From the NCBI GenBank assembly GCA_002269645.1, contig NIVC01000773.1:186001-250000 (forward strand): 64,000 bases of DNA, read 5' to 3'. The notes beneath the pieces were generated by a model. It was given only the letters and a program-made list of their open reading frames with translations. It had not been told where the DNA came from and ran no database searches. How positions within the stretch are numbered: the stretch's first letter is position 1; the number at the start of each line of letters is the position of its first letter. This stretch comes from Macrostomum lignano. Taxonomy: Eukaryota. Below are positions 11,040-23,700 of this stretch, piece by piece. The translations under genes were made by a program, and so were the position numbers.

Positions 11040-12195
11040 TGGTAGACAGGGGAAGATAGACTAATAGACAGGGGAAGATAGACTAATAGACAGGGGAAGA
11101 TAGACTAATAGACAGGAATATAGACTGGTAGACAGGGGAAGATAGACTAATAGACAGGGGAAGATAGACTGATAGACAGGAATATAGACTGGTAGACAGG
11201 GGAAGATAGACTGATAGACAGGAATATAGACTGGTAGACAGGAAGATAGACTGGCAGGCAGGAAGATAGATTGATAGACAGGAAGATAGACTGATAGACA
11301 GGAAGATAGACTGGTAGACAGGAAGATAGACTGGTAGACAGGAAGATAGACTGGTAGACAGGAAGATGGACTGGTAGACAGGAAGATAGACTGATAGACA
11401 GGAAGATAGACTGGTAGACAGGAAGATGGACTGGTAGACAGGAAGATAGACTGATAGACAGGAAGATAGATTGGTAGACAGGAAGATAGACTGATAGACA
11501 GGAAGATAGACTGATAGACAGGAAGATAGACTGATAGACAGGAAGATAGACTGATAGACAGGAAGATAGACTGATAGACAGGAAGATAGACTGATAGACA
11601 GGAAGATAGACTGATAGACAGGGGAAGATAGACTGGTAGACAGGAAGATAGACTGGTAGACAGGAATATAGACTAACAGACAGGAAGATAGACTGGTAGA
11701 CAGGAAGATAGACTGATAGACAGGAAGATAGACTGGTAGACAGGAAGATAGACTGGTAGACAGGAAGATAGACTGATAGACAGGAAGATAGACTGGTAGA
11801 CAGGAAGATAGACTGATAGACAGGAAGATAGACTGATAGACAGGAAGATAGACTGATAGACAGGAAGATAGACTGATAGACAGGGAAGATAGACTGGTAG
11901 ACAGGAAGATAGACTGGTAGACAGGAAGATAGACTGATAGACAGGAAGATAGACTGATAGACAGGAAGATAGACTGATAGACAGGGGAAGATAGACTGGT
12001 AGACAGGAAGATAGACTGGTAGACAGGAATATAGACTAACAGACAGGAAGATAGACTGGTAGACAGGAATATAGACTAACAGACAGGAAGATAGACTGGT
12101 AGACAGGAAGATAGACTGGTAGACAGGGGAAGATAGACTGGTAGACAGGAAGATAGACTGGTAGACAGGAAGATAGACTGGTAGACAGGAAGATA
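11040..12195. repeat. 20-bp minisatellite GACAGGAAGATAGACTG(G/A)TA
   Basis: Direct reading. Confidence 0.95.
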
Positions 12196-13029
12196 GCGGA
12201 GGGTGAGAGGCACTGTGCAAGGGATTTACCCTGGCCAATACTCCCAGTCCTTCCACTTTGAGAATTTTTCTGAAACAAAAAACTTCCCAAGTCGGTCTTG
12301 AGTAGACAGGATGTGAGCACCATTTGAGTATCTTTCTAGGAAAAAAATTTCCTCACACCCGCCATCCAGACTGACTGACTGACAGAAAAGCTCATTCAGA
12401 GTGACTCAGATTTGACTGGCTCTCACAGCGTGTTGGCCTGGTGGCTTTTTTATGCACAGACAAGCGGGAATCATGGAGTCCCTGAGCTGCAGTCCCCGGC
12501 GCACACTCAGCTGCTCTCCCATCGTCCGTGCGAGTGGAAAAATGATGAGGCGTCTCCCCCGCTGCTCAGCATGCAGCATTCATAATTCATTGCGGAGATC
12601 CCCCACCCGGAGGCCGCCACGGCCATCATCTTTGCGGGTGTGATGAAGAGGGAGTTGCTGTGCCAGCCGGCCGTCTCCAGCTGCCCTCCCGGACTCTCAA
12701 TCTGCTTCCAAATCCCCAATAGATTTCTTGGAAACAAGTAACTATGTGAAATCAAATCGTTATGACGGTATTGAATTTCTTCTCTCTTTGTTGACTGGCT
12801 TCCAATCCAGGAAACTGTGTGTGTTTTTTCCCTGGGAGTCCCTGTTGGAATTCCCGTCATTTAGATATATTATATTCGTGTAACTAGAGTTTTACAAGCG
12901 ATGAGTCATCATTGAAAGCGCTAATTCTCTATCAATCCGGCATGCATGCCCCGCAGGTCCTCACACGAATTCACACCTACTGGGGTGTCGATTGCGTAAC
13001 AGGTGGCATGGAAGGCTGGAAAGCTAATA

Positions 13030-13030
<1 letters not shown>

Positions 13031-13062
<32 letters not shown>
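13031..13062. repeat. (TG)16 microsatellite
   Basis: Direct reading. Confidence 0.95.
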
Positions 13063-13063
<1 letters not shown>

Positions 13064-13374
13064 CCCCGACCCCAGCTGTTCGATAAAGTCTGGCTAGGAT
13101 AAATCTCGCTTGGGCACACACATAAATCTAATGCTCAACATGTAAAATAACATTTGCGGCGATGGGGAAGATCGATGGATCCAAGCAGTGACCCGATGCG
13201 GGCAATGCATTTGATGGAGTTATCAGAGAGCCTGGGGGGACTTAACGAGGATATGAAAAATGATCAAGCCGAGTGAGACAAGTGAAAGGTGAGGAGGAGA
13301 TAACAAGGAGAGGCGTGAAAAGGAATGCTGCCATGGGGAGAATGAGGGGAAGAGGATGCTAAAGGATGTGCATG

Positions 13375-13820
13375 GGTAGAGAGGGAGGGTAGAGATTGAG
13401 GGTAGAGAGGGAGGGTAGAGAGGGAGGTAGAGAGGGAGGGTAGGGAGGGAGGGAAGAGAGGGAGGGTAGAGAGGGAGGGTAGAGAGGGAGGGTAGAGAGG
13501 GAGGGTAGAGAGGGAGGGTAGAGAGGGAGGGTAGAGAGGGAGGGTAGAGAGGGAGGGTAGAGAGGGAGGGTAGAGAGGGAGGTAGAGAGGGAGGGTAGAG
13601 AGGGAGGGTAGAGAGGGAGGGAAGGGTAGAGAGGGAGGAAAGGGTAGAGAGGGAGGGTAGAGAGGGAGGGTAGAGAGGGAGGGTAGAGAGGGGGGGTAGA
13701 GAGGGAGGGTAGAGAGGGAGGGTAGAGAGGGAGGGTAGAGAGGGAGGGTAGAGAGGGAGGGTAGAGAGGGAGGGAAGGGTAGAGAGGGAGGGCAGGGAGG
13801 GAGGGCAGGGAGGAAGGGTA
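13375..13820. repeat. 13-bp purine-rich minisatellite GAGAGGGAGGGTA
   Basis: Direct reading. Confidence 0.95.
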
Positions 13821-14368
13821 TACGTCGTAGAGCAGAGACATAAGGAAGCAGGCAGACGGTTGGAGTGAGTGAAGGCAGTGCAGAGAAGCAACCGAGGCCC
13901 AGCGGAGATCTGAGAGAATTGCTGAGCTGCTGGGAGAGCCGCAGCAGCAGCAGGGAGCTGCCCTGCACATTTCGCGCAGTGCAGGATCTCCAAGAGTCAA
14001 TGCAAATTCTCAGAGACTGGCTGCTGCATCTGATATCCTCAAATAGTCTCCCAGGCCAGCAATCTGTTAGTCCAATTTTTCCCAAGGGATTTCCGTAAGC
14101 CGCTCATCCGTCCTCGAAATCCCGCTGTCAGATTCCGGGGAAATTGGGAAGAAAATAAACAAAACTGGGCGCAGAATCCGATGCGGTGCATGTTGGAGGC
14201 TGGAAAATCTGCACGATTTACAGCTGTCATCAGCTGGGATTATGGGAGCCTGCTAGGGACTGTGGGGAATGATTTGGTACGCAAGCGGAGCCTAATGTAG
14301 TTTGAATAAACACTGCAAATGCCATGCTTAATGGGGCTCGGGACATGTGGTTTGGAATGTCAACTGGA

Positions 14369-14375
14369 GATAGAC

Positions 14376-14407
<32 letters not shown>
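14369..14407. repeat. (GATA)n microsatellite
   Basis: Direct reading. Confidence 0.95.
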
Positions 14408-14849
14408 CTGGATAAAAGCGCTTACGGGCGCGGTAAGCGCTTTTATCCAGAGGAACTACCTGCTGGAACCAGCCTGCCGTTCGAAAATCAGACTACTCAA
14501 GTAGTGCAAAAGAGTGCGAGCAACTACCGAGAAATCTAATTTTCGTAACCGCTCCGGTGCAGGTCCTGGCAATAGATGGTAGATAGCGAGAAAGAGCGAG
14601 CGAAGCGAGCTCTTTCGGGCTTGCTTGCCGCAGCCAATCAAGCTGAATGCACGCACACAAGATCACCGGAAACGATTAAGGCAGCTGGAAAGCCAATGGG
14701 CGCGGTAAGCGCTTTTATCCAGAGGAACTACCTGCTGGAACCAGCCTGCCGTTTGAAAATCAGACTACTCAAGTAGTGCAAAAGAGTGCGAGCAACTACC
14801 GAGAAATCTAATTTTCGTAACCGCTCCGGTGCAGGTCCTGGCAATAGAT
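14408..14849. mobile_element. Putative small retroelement or tandem unit: 152-bp direct repeats 272 bp apart, capped by an 18-bp perfect hairpin, next to (GATA)n
   Basis: 14426-14577 matches 14698-14849 (one mismatch seen). CTGGATAAAAGCGCTTAC (14408-14425) is the exact reverse complement of 14433-14450. Both copies end in AGAT-like tails. Confidence 0.55.
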
Positions 14850-15530
14850 AGATATAAAACAGGTACTTACTGATCGATCAGAGCACAGAGCCTTCTAGCA
14901 CGGGTTCACCTCGTGAATTTACTTATGCTTTAATAGGCATATCAGTTAGTCTTCAGATTTAAAATCTTTTGCGCAACTCTACTTCTGCTAGTTCCGCAGG
15001 GAGTGTGCCTTGCAAAGCTGAGCAGAGTATCACGCGGAGATGCTGCCAGTGCCCCCGCCCGCTGGCTCTGGAAGCTCAAATGGATTTCAGGAACGCAGCG
15101 CCGCCCCACCGAGGTCTGCTTTTGGCGAACCCAACTGCGAATCGCTGGCCTTTAAAAAAGAATCTCCTTTCTCTCTCCCTCCGCCTTTAACTAAAAGACA
15201 CAGAAAAGGCCGCCAATGGCTGGAGGGCTTTGAATGTTTTCTTCCTTGCCTTTTAGCCAGCCCTTACAAAGGAATTTTTGAGCCTGAGTGCCTGGCGCTG
15301 GCAGAGGACCAGCTCATTCATTGATCCGAGTTGAGAGCTGAGAGGGTTTTTATGACCCATGCTTTGCATGTCTGTTTCTTTTAAGTTCCTACAACTGAGA
15401 AGTCTCAGGTTGCCGATATGTAGAGTGAAAAACTTAGTAATGGGGTTATTATACTAAAGAGATGTAAATTTGTTGAAAAACTGGCATCGTTGAGCGAGTG
15501 AAGCTTGTCATATTTAACTAGTGAATTTAT

Positions 15531-16113
15531 ACTATTACTAGTAACTCTACACTATTACTAGTAACTCTACACTATTACTAGTAACTCTACACTATTACTA
15601 GTAACTCTACACTATTACTAGTAACTCTACACTATTACTAGTAACTCTACACTATTACTAGTAACTCTACACTATTACTAGTAACTCTACACTATTACTA
15701 GTAACTCTACACTATTACTAGTAACTCTACACTATTACTAGTAACTCTACACTATTACTAGTAACTCTACACTATTACTAGTAACTCTACACTATTACTA
15801 GTAACTCTACACTATTACTCGTAACTCTACACTATTACTAGTAACTCTACACTATTACTCGTAACACTACACTATTACTAGTAACTCTACACTATTACTA
15901 GTAACTCTACACTATTACTAGTAACTCTACACTATTACTAGTAACTCTACACTATTACTAGTAACTCTACACTATTACTAGTAACTCTACACTATTACTA
16001 GTAACTCTACACTATTACTAGTAACTCTACACTATTACTAGTAACTCTACACTATTACTAGTAACTCTACACTATTACTAGTAACTCTACACTATTACTA
16101 GTAACTCTACACT
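15531..16113. repeat. 20-bp minisatellite ACTATTACTAGTAACTCTAC (~29 near-identical copies) containing the palindrome TTACTAGTAA
   Basis: Direct reading; degenerate copies on both flanks. Confidence 0.95.
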
Positions 16114-17343
16114 ACCCGGTATAACTAGTAACTCTACACTGTAACTAGTAACTCTACAATATAACCAGTGTAAATCTATACTATAACTAATATATCTACA
16201 CTATAGCTGGTAAACTTCTTGACCCAGCGGTTTCTTAGTTGGTTCACAAAGGAAAAAGGCAAACAAGTTAAATTTCCTTCTCTCTGAGTCTGTCTGTGCA
16301 ATTTGCCGCCTTCAGGCCATTAGCTAGGCAGGAGCGGAGCCGTCCCAGACTGCGGTCTTCAACATGCTTCTTGGCCTGAATTTCGGTCTCTACTGGAGGT
16401 AGTCGGGTTTATGGAGGCTGTCCCAGTTCCACTGCGGTAGCTTAGCTAGTGTCTTTCAATATTTACTCAGAATATTTTTTCGAGCTGCTTTAAAAAGCCC
16501 CCCCTCTCCGCAGACACTGGTGGAGTAACTACCAAACTGCAGCTCCGGAAGCAGAAAATTAAAATTGAATGATTACTCAGATGGGGAGGTTGAGCAACTG
16601 TCGCTGACCCTTTGAACACGTTCACGAATACTTACTCTCTCAACCTCGGGAGTGTACTTAAGTAATAAAAGAATTTCCTCATTTGGGACGCCATAAATTC
16701 AAAGTTTTGTAGCGAAACAGCTGGGACAAAGCCATCAGCAGCCAGCATTTCCCGTTGTTGCCTGTATCTTGCTTCTAGGAGTGGCCAATTTCTGCAACAA
16801 AGTTGATACAGCTCTGAATACTGCAGCCTAGAGGACTATCATGCGATTGCAGCCATGAGGGCCAACCCCCGAAGGCGCAGAGAGTTGTACATCCCTGACG
16901 ATAAGAAAGTCAGGTCCGCTGTGCACCCTGCCTGCGTTGCCCCAGGGGTGGCCTCAGCACTCTCCACACACGTTGGCCAAAACAAGGACAAGTGAGCAGC
17001 AGCAGCAGTAGCAGCTGTTTACATTCCTCAGACAGACAAGAAGCAATGGGGATTGGAAGCAGATGGGAAAAAATATTGGAAATTTGGGGGCGGGCCAGGT
17101 GAAGCAGAAGGAATGGCAGGGCGGCGGGTTGCGCGACTCTTCACGCTTCAGCGGCACAAGGAAGAAATTCAAGAATGAATGATGGACAGCCGCTGAGGAT
17201 TCGACGCGCTGATCGATACTGGGGGAGCGGAGAGGTGCTGGGGTGACAATTGGTGACGGGGCTGGCGGTGCTGTTTGAGAAGTGATCTACGGGTAGGGGA
17301 TTGAGCACCAGAATTAAAGGAAAAATGCAATGACAAGGCTCTA

Positions 17344-18052
<709 letters not shown>

Positions 18053-18379
18053 TGAGACACAGCACCTCATACTGCCCAATATTGACGTGTCTAGCGAGGC
18101 GTTCAACACGTTTGGAAGGAGAAAGATGGAGCTGAGAGGCTGAGATGCAGTTTTTTTTCAGAAAAAAGTCATGCAAACTGATAGAATATTACTAAAATAT
18201 CATATGGGCCATTCGCAAAGTTAACAGAGAATATTTCACAGAATTCCATTTTCTAATTTTTCTTCTTTATCTCACTGGCTTCTCTTCAAAACAATTGCCT
18301 GGGCCTTCAGCTACAGTGCGACCCAAATATCCTTCTTCGTATCTACTCCCTCGTTTCTGCATTTTGCTCTCGTCTCTTC

Positions 18380-18990
18380 CCTATTCCCTCTCTAACTCTC
18401 TTCTCTCTCCTCTCCTCTCTCCTCTCTCTTTCTCTCCCCTCTTCTCTCCTCTTTCCTCTTTTCTCTTTTCTCTTTTCTCTTTCCTCTCTCCTCTCTCCTC
18501 TCTCTTCTCTCCTCTCCTCTCTCCTTTCTCATCTCTTCTCTCTCCTCTCTCCTCTCTCCTATCACCTTCTCTCCTCCCTCCTATCTCCTCTCTCCTCCCT
18601 CCTATCTCCTCTCTCCTCTCTCCTTCTCTCTTCTCTCCTCTCTCCTCTCTCTTCTTTCCTCTCCTCTCTCCTCTCTCCTTCTCTTCTCCCTCCTATCTCC
18701 TTCTCTCCTCCCTCATATCTCCTCTCTCCTCTCTTCTCTCTCCTCTCTCCTCTTCTATTCTCTCTTCTCTCTCCTCTCTCCTCTACCTTCTCTTCTATTC
18801 TCTCTTCTCTCTCCTCTCCTCTCTCCTCTCACCTTCTCTTCTATTCTCTCTTCTCTCTCCTCTCCTCTCTCCTCTCCCCTTCTCTCTTTTCTCCTCTTTC
18901 CTCTCTCCCCTCTCCCCTCGCCCCACTCCTCTCTCCCTCTCCTCTCTCCTTTCTCCTCTCTCCCCTCTCTTTTTTCCTCCCCCTCTCTTC
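18380..18990. repeat. Polypyrimidine (TCTCC/CT)-type low-complexity tract
   Basis: Direct reading. Confidence 0.9.
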
Positions 18991-20794
18991 TTCAAGAACA
19001 TGAACTTTTATCCACTTTGCGTCATGTTCAACCAATAACCATGTCTTCTTACTATTCGAATTTCGTAGGCTCCTTAAGACACTTGGATTAGGATTCTCGC
19101 AATAAAAAAAATTTGCACTTTAGATTACTCACAGAGCTTCCGATACGCATTCGGTTCGGGTGTGCTGGAACTCATGCCGACTCTGGCCAGATTCTGGATC
19201 GCTGAATTTTTGGCTACCAGTCTCTCTTTCTTAGGTGTTGTTTTAATTTTTCAAACTCCCAGCAGCTTCTGTCCTCTCCGCGGTCAGCTTTCATTCAAAA
19301 CTGAAATTCTGCTTCTGCAGCCAATCAGCACCGAGGCTGCGGCAGTGACGACATGCGGAAGGAAAGCCACGGGGGGGGGAGGGGAAGTGACGAACACTTT
19401 AATCCTGTTCAGCCTTTGCCCCAACTCCTCCTTGCTTTGTCTACTTACTGAGCTTGGCGTTGCCATGCAAGTATGGGGGAGAGAGAGAGAAGGCAGTGCT
19501 GAGCTTTGGTTGGCTCACAGCTCGCAACCTCCCGTGCTGTGTGTGGCTCCTTTGTCACAGTTCTATGCTCACAGCTTGGAGTCTCAACTTTCCGACCGGA
19601 CGAGCACGGGAGTTGGAAATCCTGGAGGATTTTTGGGGAGTCGGTCGGCTGTCCCTCCTCAGTGCTCTCACTCTCACTCTCTCTCCCCCAGGAGCTGCCC
19701 GACCGGCACAACAGTAATGCAAATATCAACTCATTTTTCACACTGAACAGCTCTGTGTGAGTCTGTCTGTCAGTCAGTTGGATTAACGGCTTAAGCCTAG
19801 AGATGAGAGTGCGTGTGTGTGTTTCATGCGAGAAGAATCTCACACTGATGGGCAGTCATGCGCGCATATAAAACCACAGCAATGTTTATTAATGTAACTC
19901 AATCGAAGCATTCGAACCAATGACTTTTAGGGCTACAAAAAACTCTAAGGTCTACGGCCCGGCGATATGTATCGAAAAATCGCTTTTAAAATCGTAAATT
20001 TTCACAGCAAACCCCATAGACTGAATTGAAATTCTGAGCCGACGAATTGCATGCAGCAGCTGAGGATGAAAAAACGCACTTGAGCCGTCATCTCCAGATT
20101 TTTTCCTGGTTTCCTCTGACATGCTCAGCATCTCCAGGACCTCCCTTCCAGCTCAAGCACCTTTCATTCTCTACAAATACAATTCAGATTTTTGTCACAA
20201 TGCAGAAATTTCTGCTTTCACCTGAAGATTGTGTGAATAGATCCTCTTCAGCTGGGGATCAGTTCTTCTTCACTTTTTTGGGAGAGGAGAATTTTTTGAC
20301 ACGGTCGGATCTGTGAAACCTGTCAAGGCCCTTTACTTACTTCTTTCAAATCGGAATTTAATTTTTCGAAAAATTTGTTATAATTCATAAAATGTACAGG
20401 GGTGTTTTGTCAAAAAACCGCTGCAATCATACATTCAGAATTCTGAGAGTTTAAGCCACTGGGTGAGTCTCTCTGTTTTCATTGATTAGCCTGGGACCTC
20501 TGGGGTAATGTGGACTGGAAGCACACTCAGTCCAAGAGACGCAGGGGTCCTTTAATGAGCTCTGCATGGCTCCCACAAATCACTCACATCGTGTCCCGCA
20601 CTCGCAGTCAATTTGGTTGTTATAACAAGAGCCGCTGGACAAAGTTGGTCAATGTGCGTTCATTGTTAAGGTAATTTCATTAGCTCAAAACATTTTGCGA
20701 TTCCACTGCAGCATTGTTGTCAGCTGTAGCAGAGATCGGGGGACGTTCCGGAGAGAAAATGCCTGCGTAGGATTCATTTTGTTAATCACAAATT

Positions 20795-23700
20795 TGGTTT
20801 GTGAAGTGTGTATGGTTTGTGAAGTGTGTATGGTTTGTGAAGTGTGTATGGTTTGTGAAGTGTGTATGGTTTGTGAAGTGTCTATGGTTCGTGAAGTGTC
20901 TATGGTTTGTGAAGTGTCTATGGTTTGTGAAGTGTGTATGGTTTGTGAATTGTCTATGGTTTGTGAAGTGTCTATGGTTTGTGAAGTGTCTATGGTTTGT
21001 GAAGTGTGTATGGTTTGTGAAGTGTCTATGGTTTGTGAAGTGTGTATGGTTTGTGAAGTGTCTATGGTTTGTGAAGTGTGTATGGTTTGTGAATTGTCTA
21101 TGGTTTGTGAAGTGTCTATGGTTTGTGAAGTGTGTATGGTTTGTGAAGTGTGTATGGTTTGTGAAGTGTGTATGGTTTGTGAAGTGTGTATGGTTTGTGA
21201 AGTGTCTATGGTTTGTGAAGTGTGTATGGTTTGTGAATTGTCTATGGTTTGTGAAGTGTCTATGGTTTGTGAAGCGTCTATGGTTTGTGAAGTGTCTATG
21301 GTTTGTGAAGTGTCTATGGTTTGTGAAGTGTGTATGGTTTGTGAATTGTCTATGGTTTGTGAAGTGTCTATGGTTTGTGAAGTGTCTATGGTTTGTGAAG
21401 TGTCTATGGTTTGTGAAGTGTCTATGGTTTGTGAAGTGTCTATGGTTTGTGAAGTGTGTATGGTTTGGGAAGTGTCTATGGTTTGTGAAGTGTGTATGGT
21501 TTGTGAAGTGTCTGTGGTTCGTGAAGTGTCTATGGTTTGTGAATTGTCTATGGTTTGTGAAGTGTCTATGGTTTGTGAAGTGTCTATGGTTTGTGAAGTG
21601 TCTATGGTTTGTGAAGTGTCTATGGTTTGTGAAGTGTGTATTGTTTGGGAAGTGTCTATGGTTTGTGAAGTGTGTATGGTTTGTGAAGTGTCTGTGGTTC
21701 GTGAAGTGTCTATGGTTTGTGAAGTGTGTATTGTTTGTGAAGTGTCTATGGTTTGTGAAGTGTGTATGGTTTGTGAATTGTCTATGGTTTGTGAAGTGTC
21801 TATGGTTTGTGAAGTGTGTATGGTTTGTGAAGTGTCTATGGTTTGTGAAGTGTCTATGGTTTGTGAAGTGTCTATGGTTTGTGAAGTGTCTATGGTTTGT
21901 GAAGTGTGTATGGTTTGTGAAGTGTCTATGGTTTGTGAAGTGTCTATGGTTTGTGAAGTGTCTATGGTTTGTGAAGTGTCTATGGTTTGTGAAGTGTCTA
22001 TGGTTTGTGAAGTGTGTATGGTTTGTGAAGTGTCTATGGTTTGTGAAGTGTCTATGGTTTGTGAAGTGTCTATGGTTTGTGAAGTGTCTATGGTTTGTGA
22101 AGTGTCTATGGTTTGTGAAGTGTCTATGGTTTGTGAAGTGTGTATGGTTTGTGAAGTGTCTATGGTTTGTGAAGTGTGTATGGTTTGTGAAGTGTCTATG
22201 GTTTGTGAAGTGTCTATGGTTTGTGAAGTGTCTATGGTTTGTGAAGTGTCTATGGTTTGTGAAGTGTCTATGGTTTGTGAAGTGTCTATGGTTTGTGAAG
22301 TGTCTATGGTTTGTGAAGTGTGTATTGTTTGTGAAGTGTGTATGGTTTGTGAAGTGTCTATGGTTTGTGAAGTGTCTATGGTTTGTGAAGTGTCTATGGT
22401 TTGTGAAGTGTCTATGGTTTGTGAAGTGTCTATGTTTTGTGAAGTGTCTATGGTTTGTGAAGTGTGTATGGTTTGTGAAGTGTGTATGATTTGTGAAGTG
22501 TCTATGGTTTGTGAAGTGTGTATGGTTTGTGAAGTGTCTATGTTTTGTGAAGTGTGTATGGTTTGTGAAGTGTCTATGGTTTGTGAAGTGTGTATGGTTT
22601 GTGAAGTGTGTATGGTTTGTGAAGTGTGTATGGTTTGTGAAGTGTGTATGGTGTGTGAAGTGTATATGGTTTGTGAAGTGTGTATGGTGTGTGAAGTGTG
22701 TATGGTGTGTGAAGTGTGTATGGTTTGTGAAGTGTGTATGGTTTGTGAAGTGTGTATGTTTGTGAAGTGTCAATGGTTTGTGAAGTGTCTATGGTTTGTG
22801 AAGTGTCTATGGTTTGTGAAGTGTGTATGGTTTGTGAAGTGTCAATGGTTTGTGAAGTGTCTATGGTTTGTGAAGTGTCTATGGTTTGTGAAGTGTGTAT
22901 GGTTTGTGAAGTGTCTATGGTTTGTGAAGTGTCTATGGTTTGTGAAGTGTCTATGGTTTGTGAAGTGTCTATGGTTTGTGAAGTGTGTATGGTTTGTGAA
23001 GTGTGTATGGTTTGTGAAGTTGTCTATGGTTTGTGAAGTGTCTATGGTTTGTGAAGTGTCTATGGTTTGTGAAGTGTGTATGGTTTGTGAAGTGTCTATG
23101 GTTTGTGAAGTGTCTATGGTTTGTGAAGTGTCTATGGTTTGTGAAGTGTCTATGGTTTGTGAAGTGTGTATGGTTTGTGAAGTGTGTATGGTTTGTGAAT
23201 TGTCTATGGTTTGTGAAGTGTGTATGGTTTGTGAAGTGTGTATGGTGTGTGAAGTGTCTATGGTTTGTGAAGTGTCTATGGTTTGTGAAGTGTCTATGGT
23301 TTGTGAAGTGTGTATGGTTTGTGAAGTGTGTATGGTTTGTGAAGTGTGTATGGTTTGTGAAGTGTCTATGGTTTGTGAAGTGTCATGGTTTGTGAAGTGT
23401 CATGGTTTGTGAAGTGTCTATGGTTTGTGAAGTGTGTATGGTTTGTGAAGTGTGTATGGTTTGTGAAGTGTGTATGGTTTGTGAAGTGTGTATGGTTTGT
23501 GAAGTGTCTATTGTTTGTGAAGTGTCTATGTTTTGTGAAGTGTCTATGGTTTGTGAAGTGTGTATGGTTTGTGAAGTGTCTATGGTTTGTGAAGTGTCTT
23601 TGGTTTGTGAAGTGTCTATGGTTTGTAAAGTGTGTATGGTTTGTGAAGTGTGTATGGTTTGTGAAGTGTCTATGGTTTGTGAAGTGTGTATGGTTTGTGA

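Noticed and set aside
19300-19520. CCAAT/GTGACG/GGAAG cluster suggesting an internal promoter
   Set aside because: Short motifs only, with no associated gene or RNA structure identified.
20393-20420. TACAGGGGTGTTTT resembling a Tc1/mariner terminal inverted repeat
   Set aside because: No matching inverted partner or transposase remnant was found.
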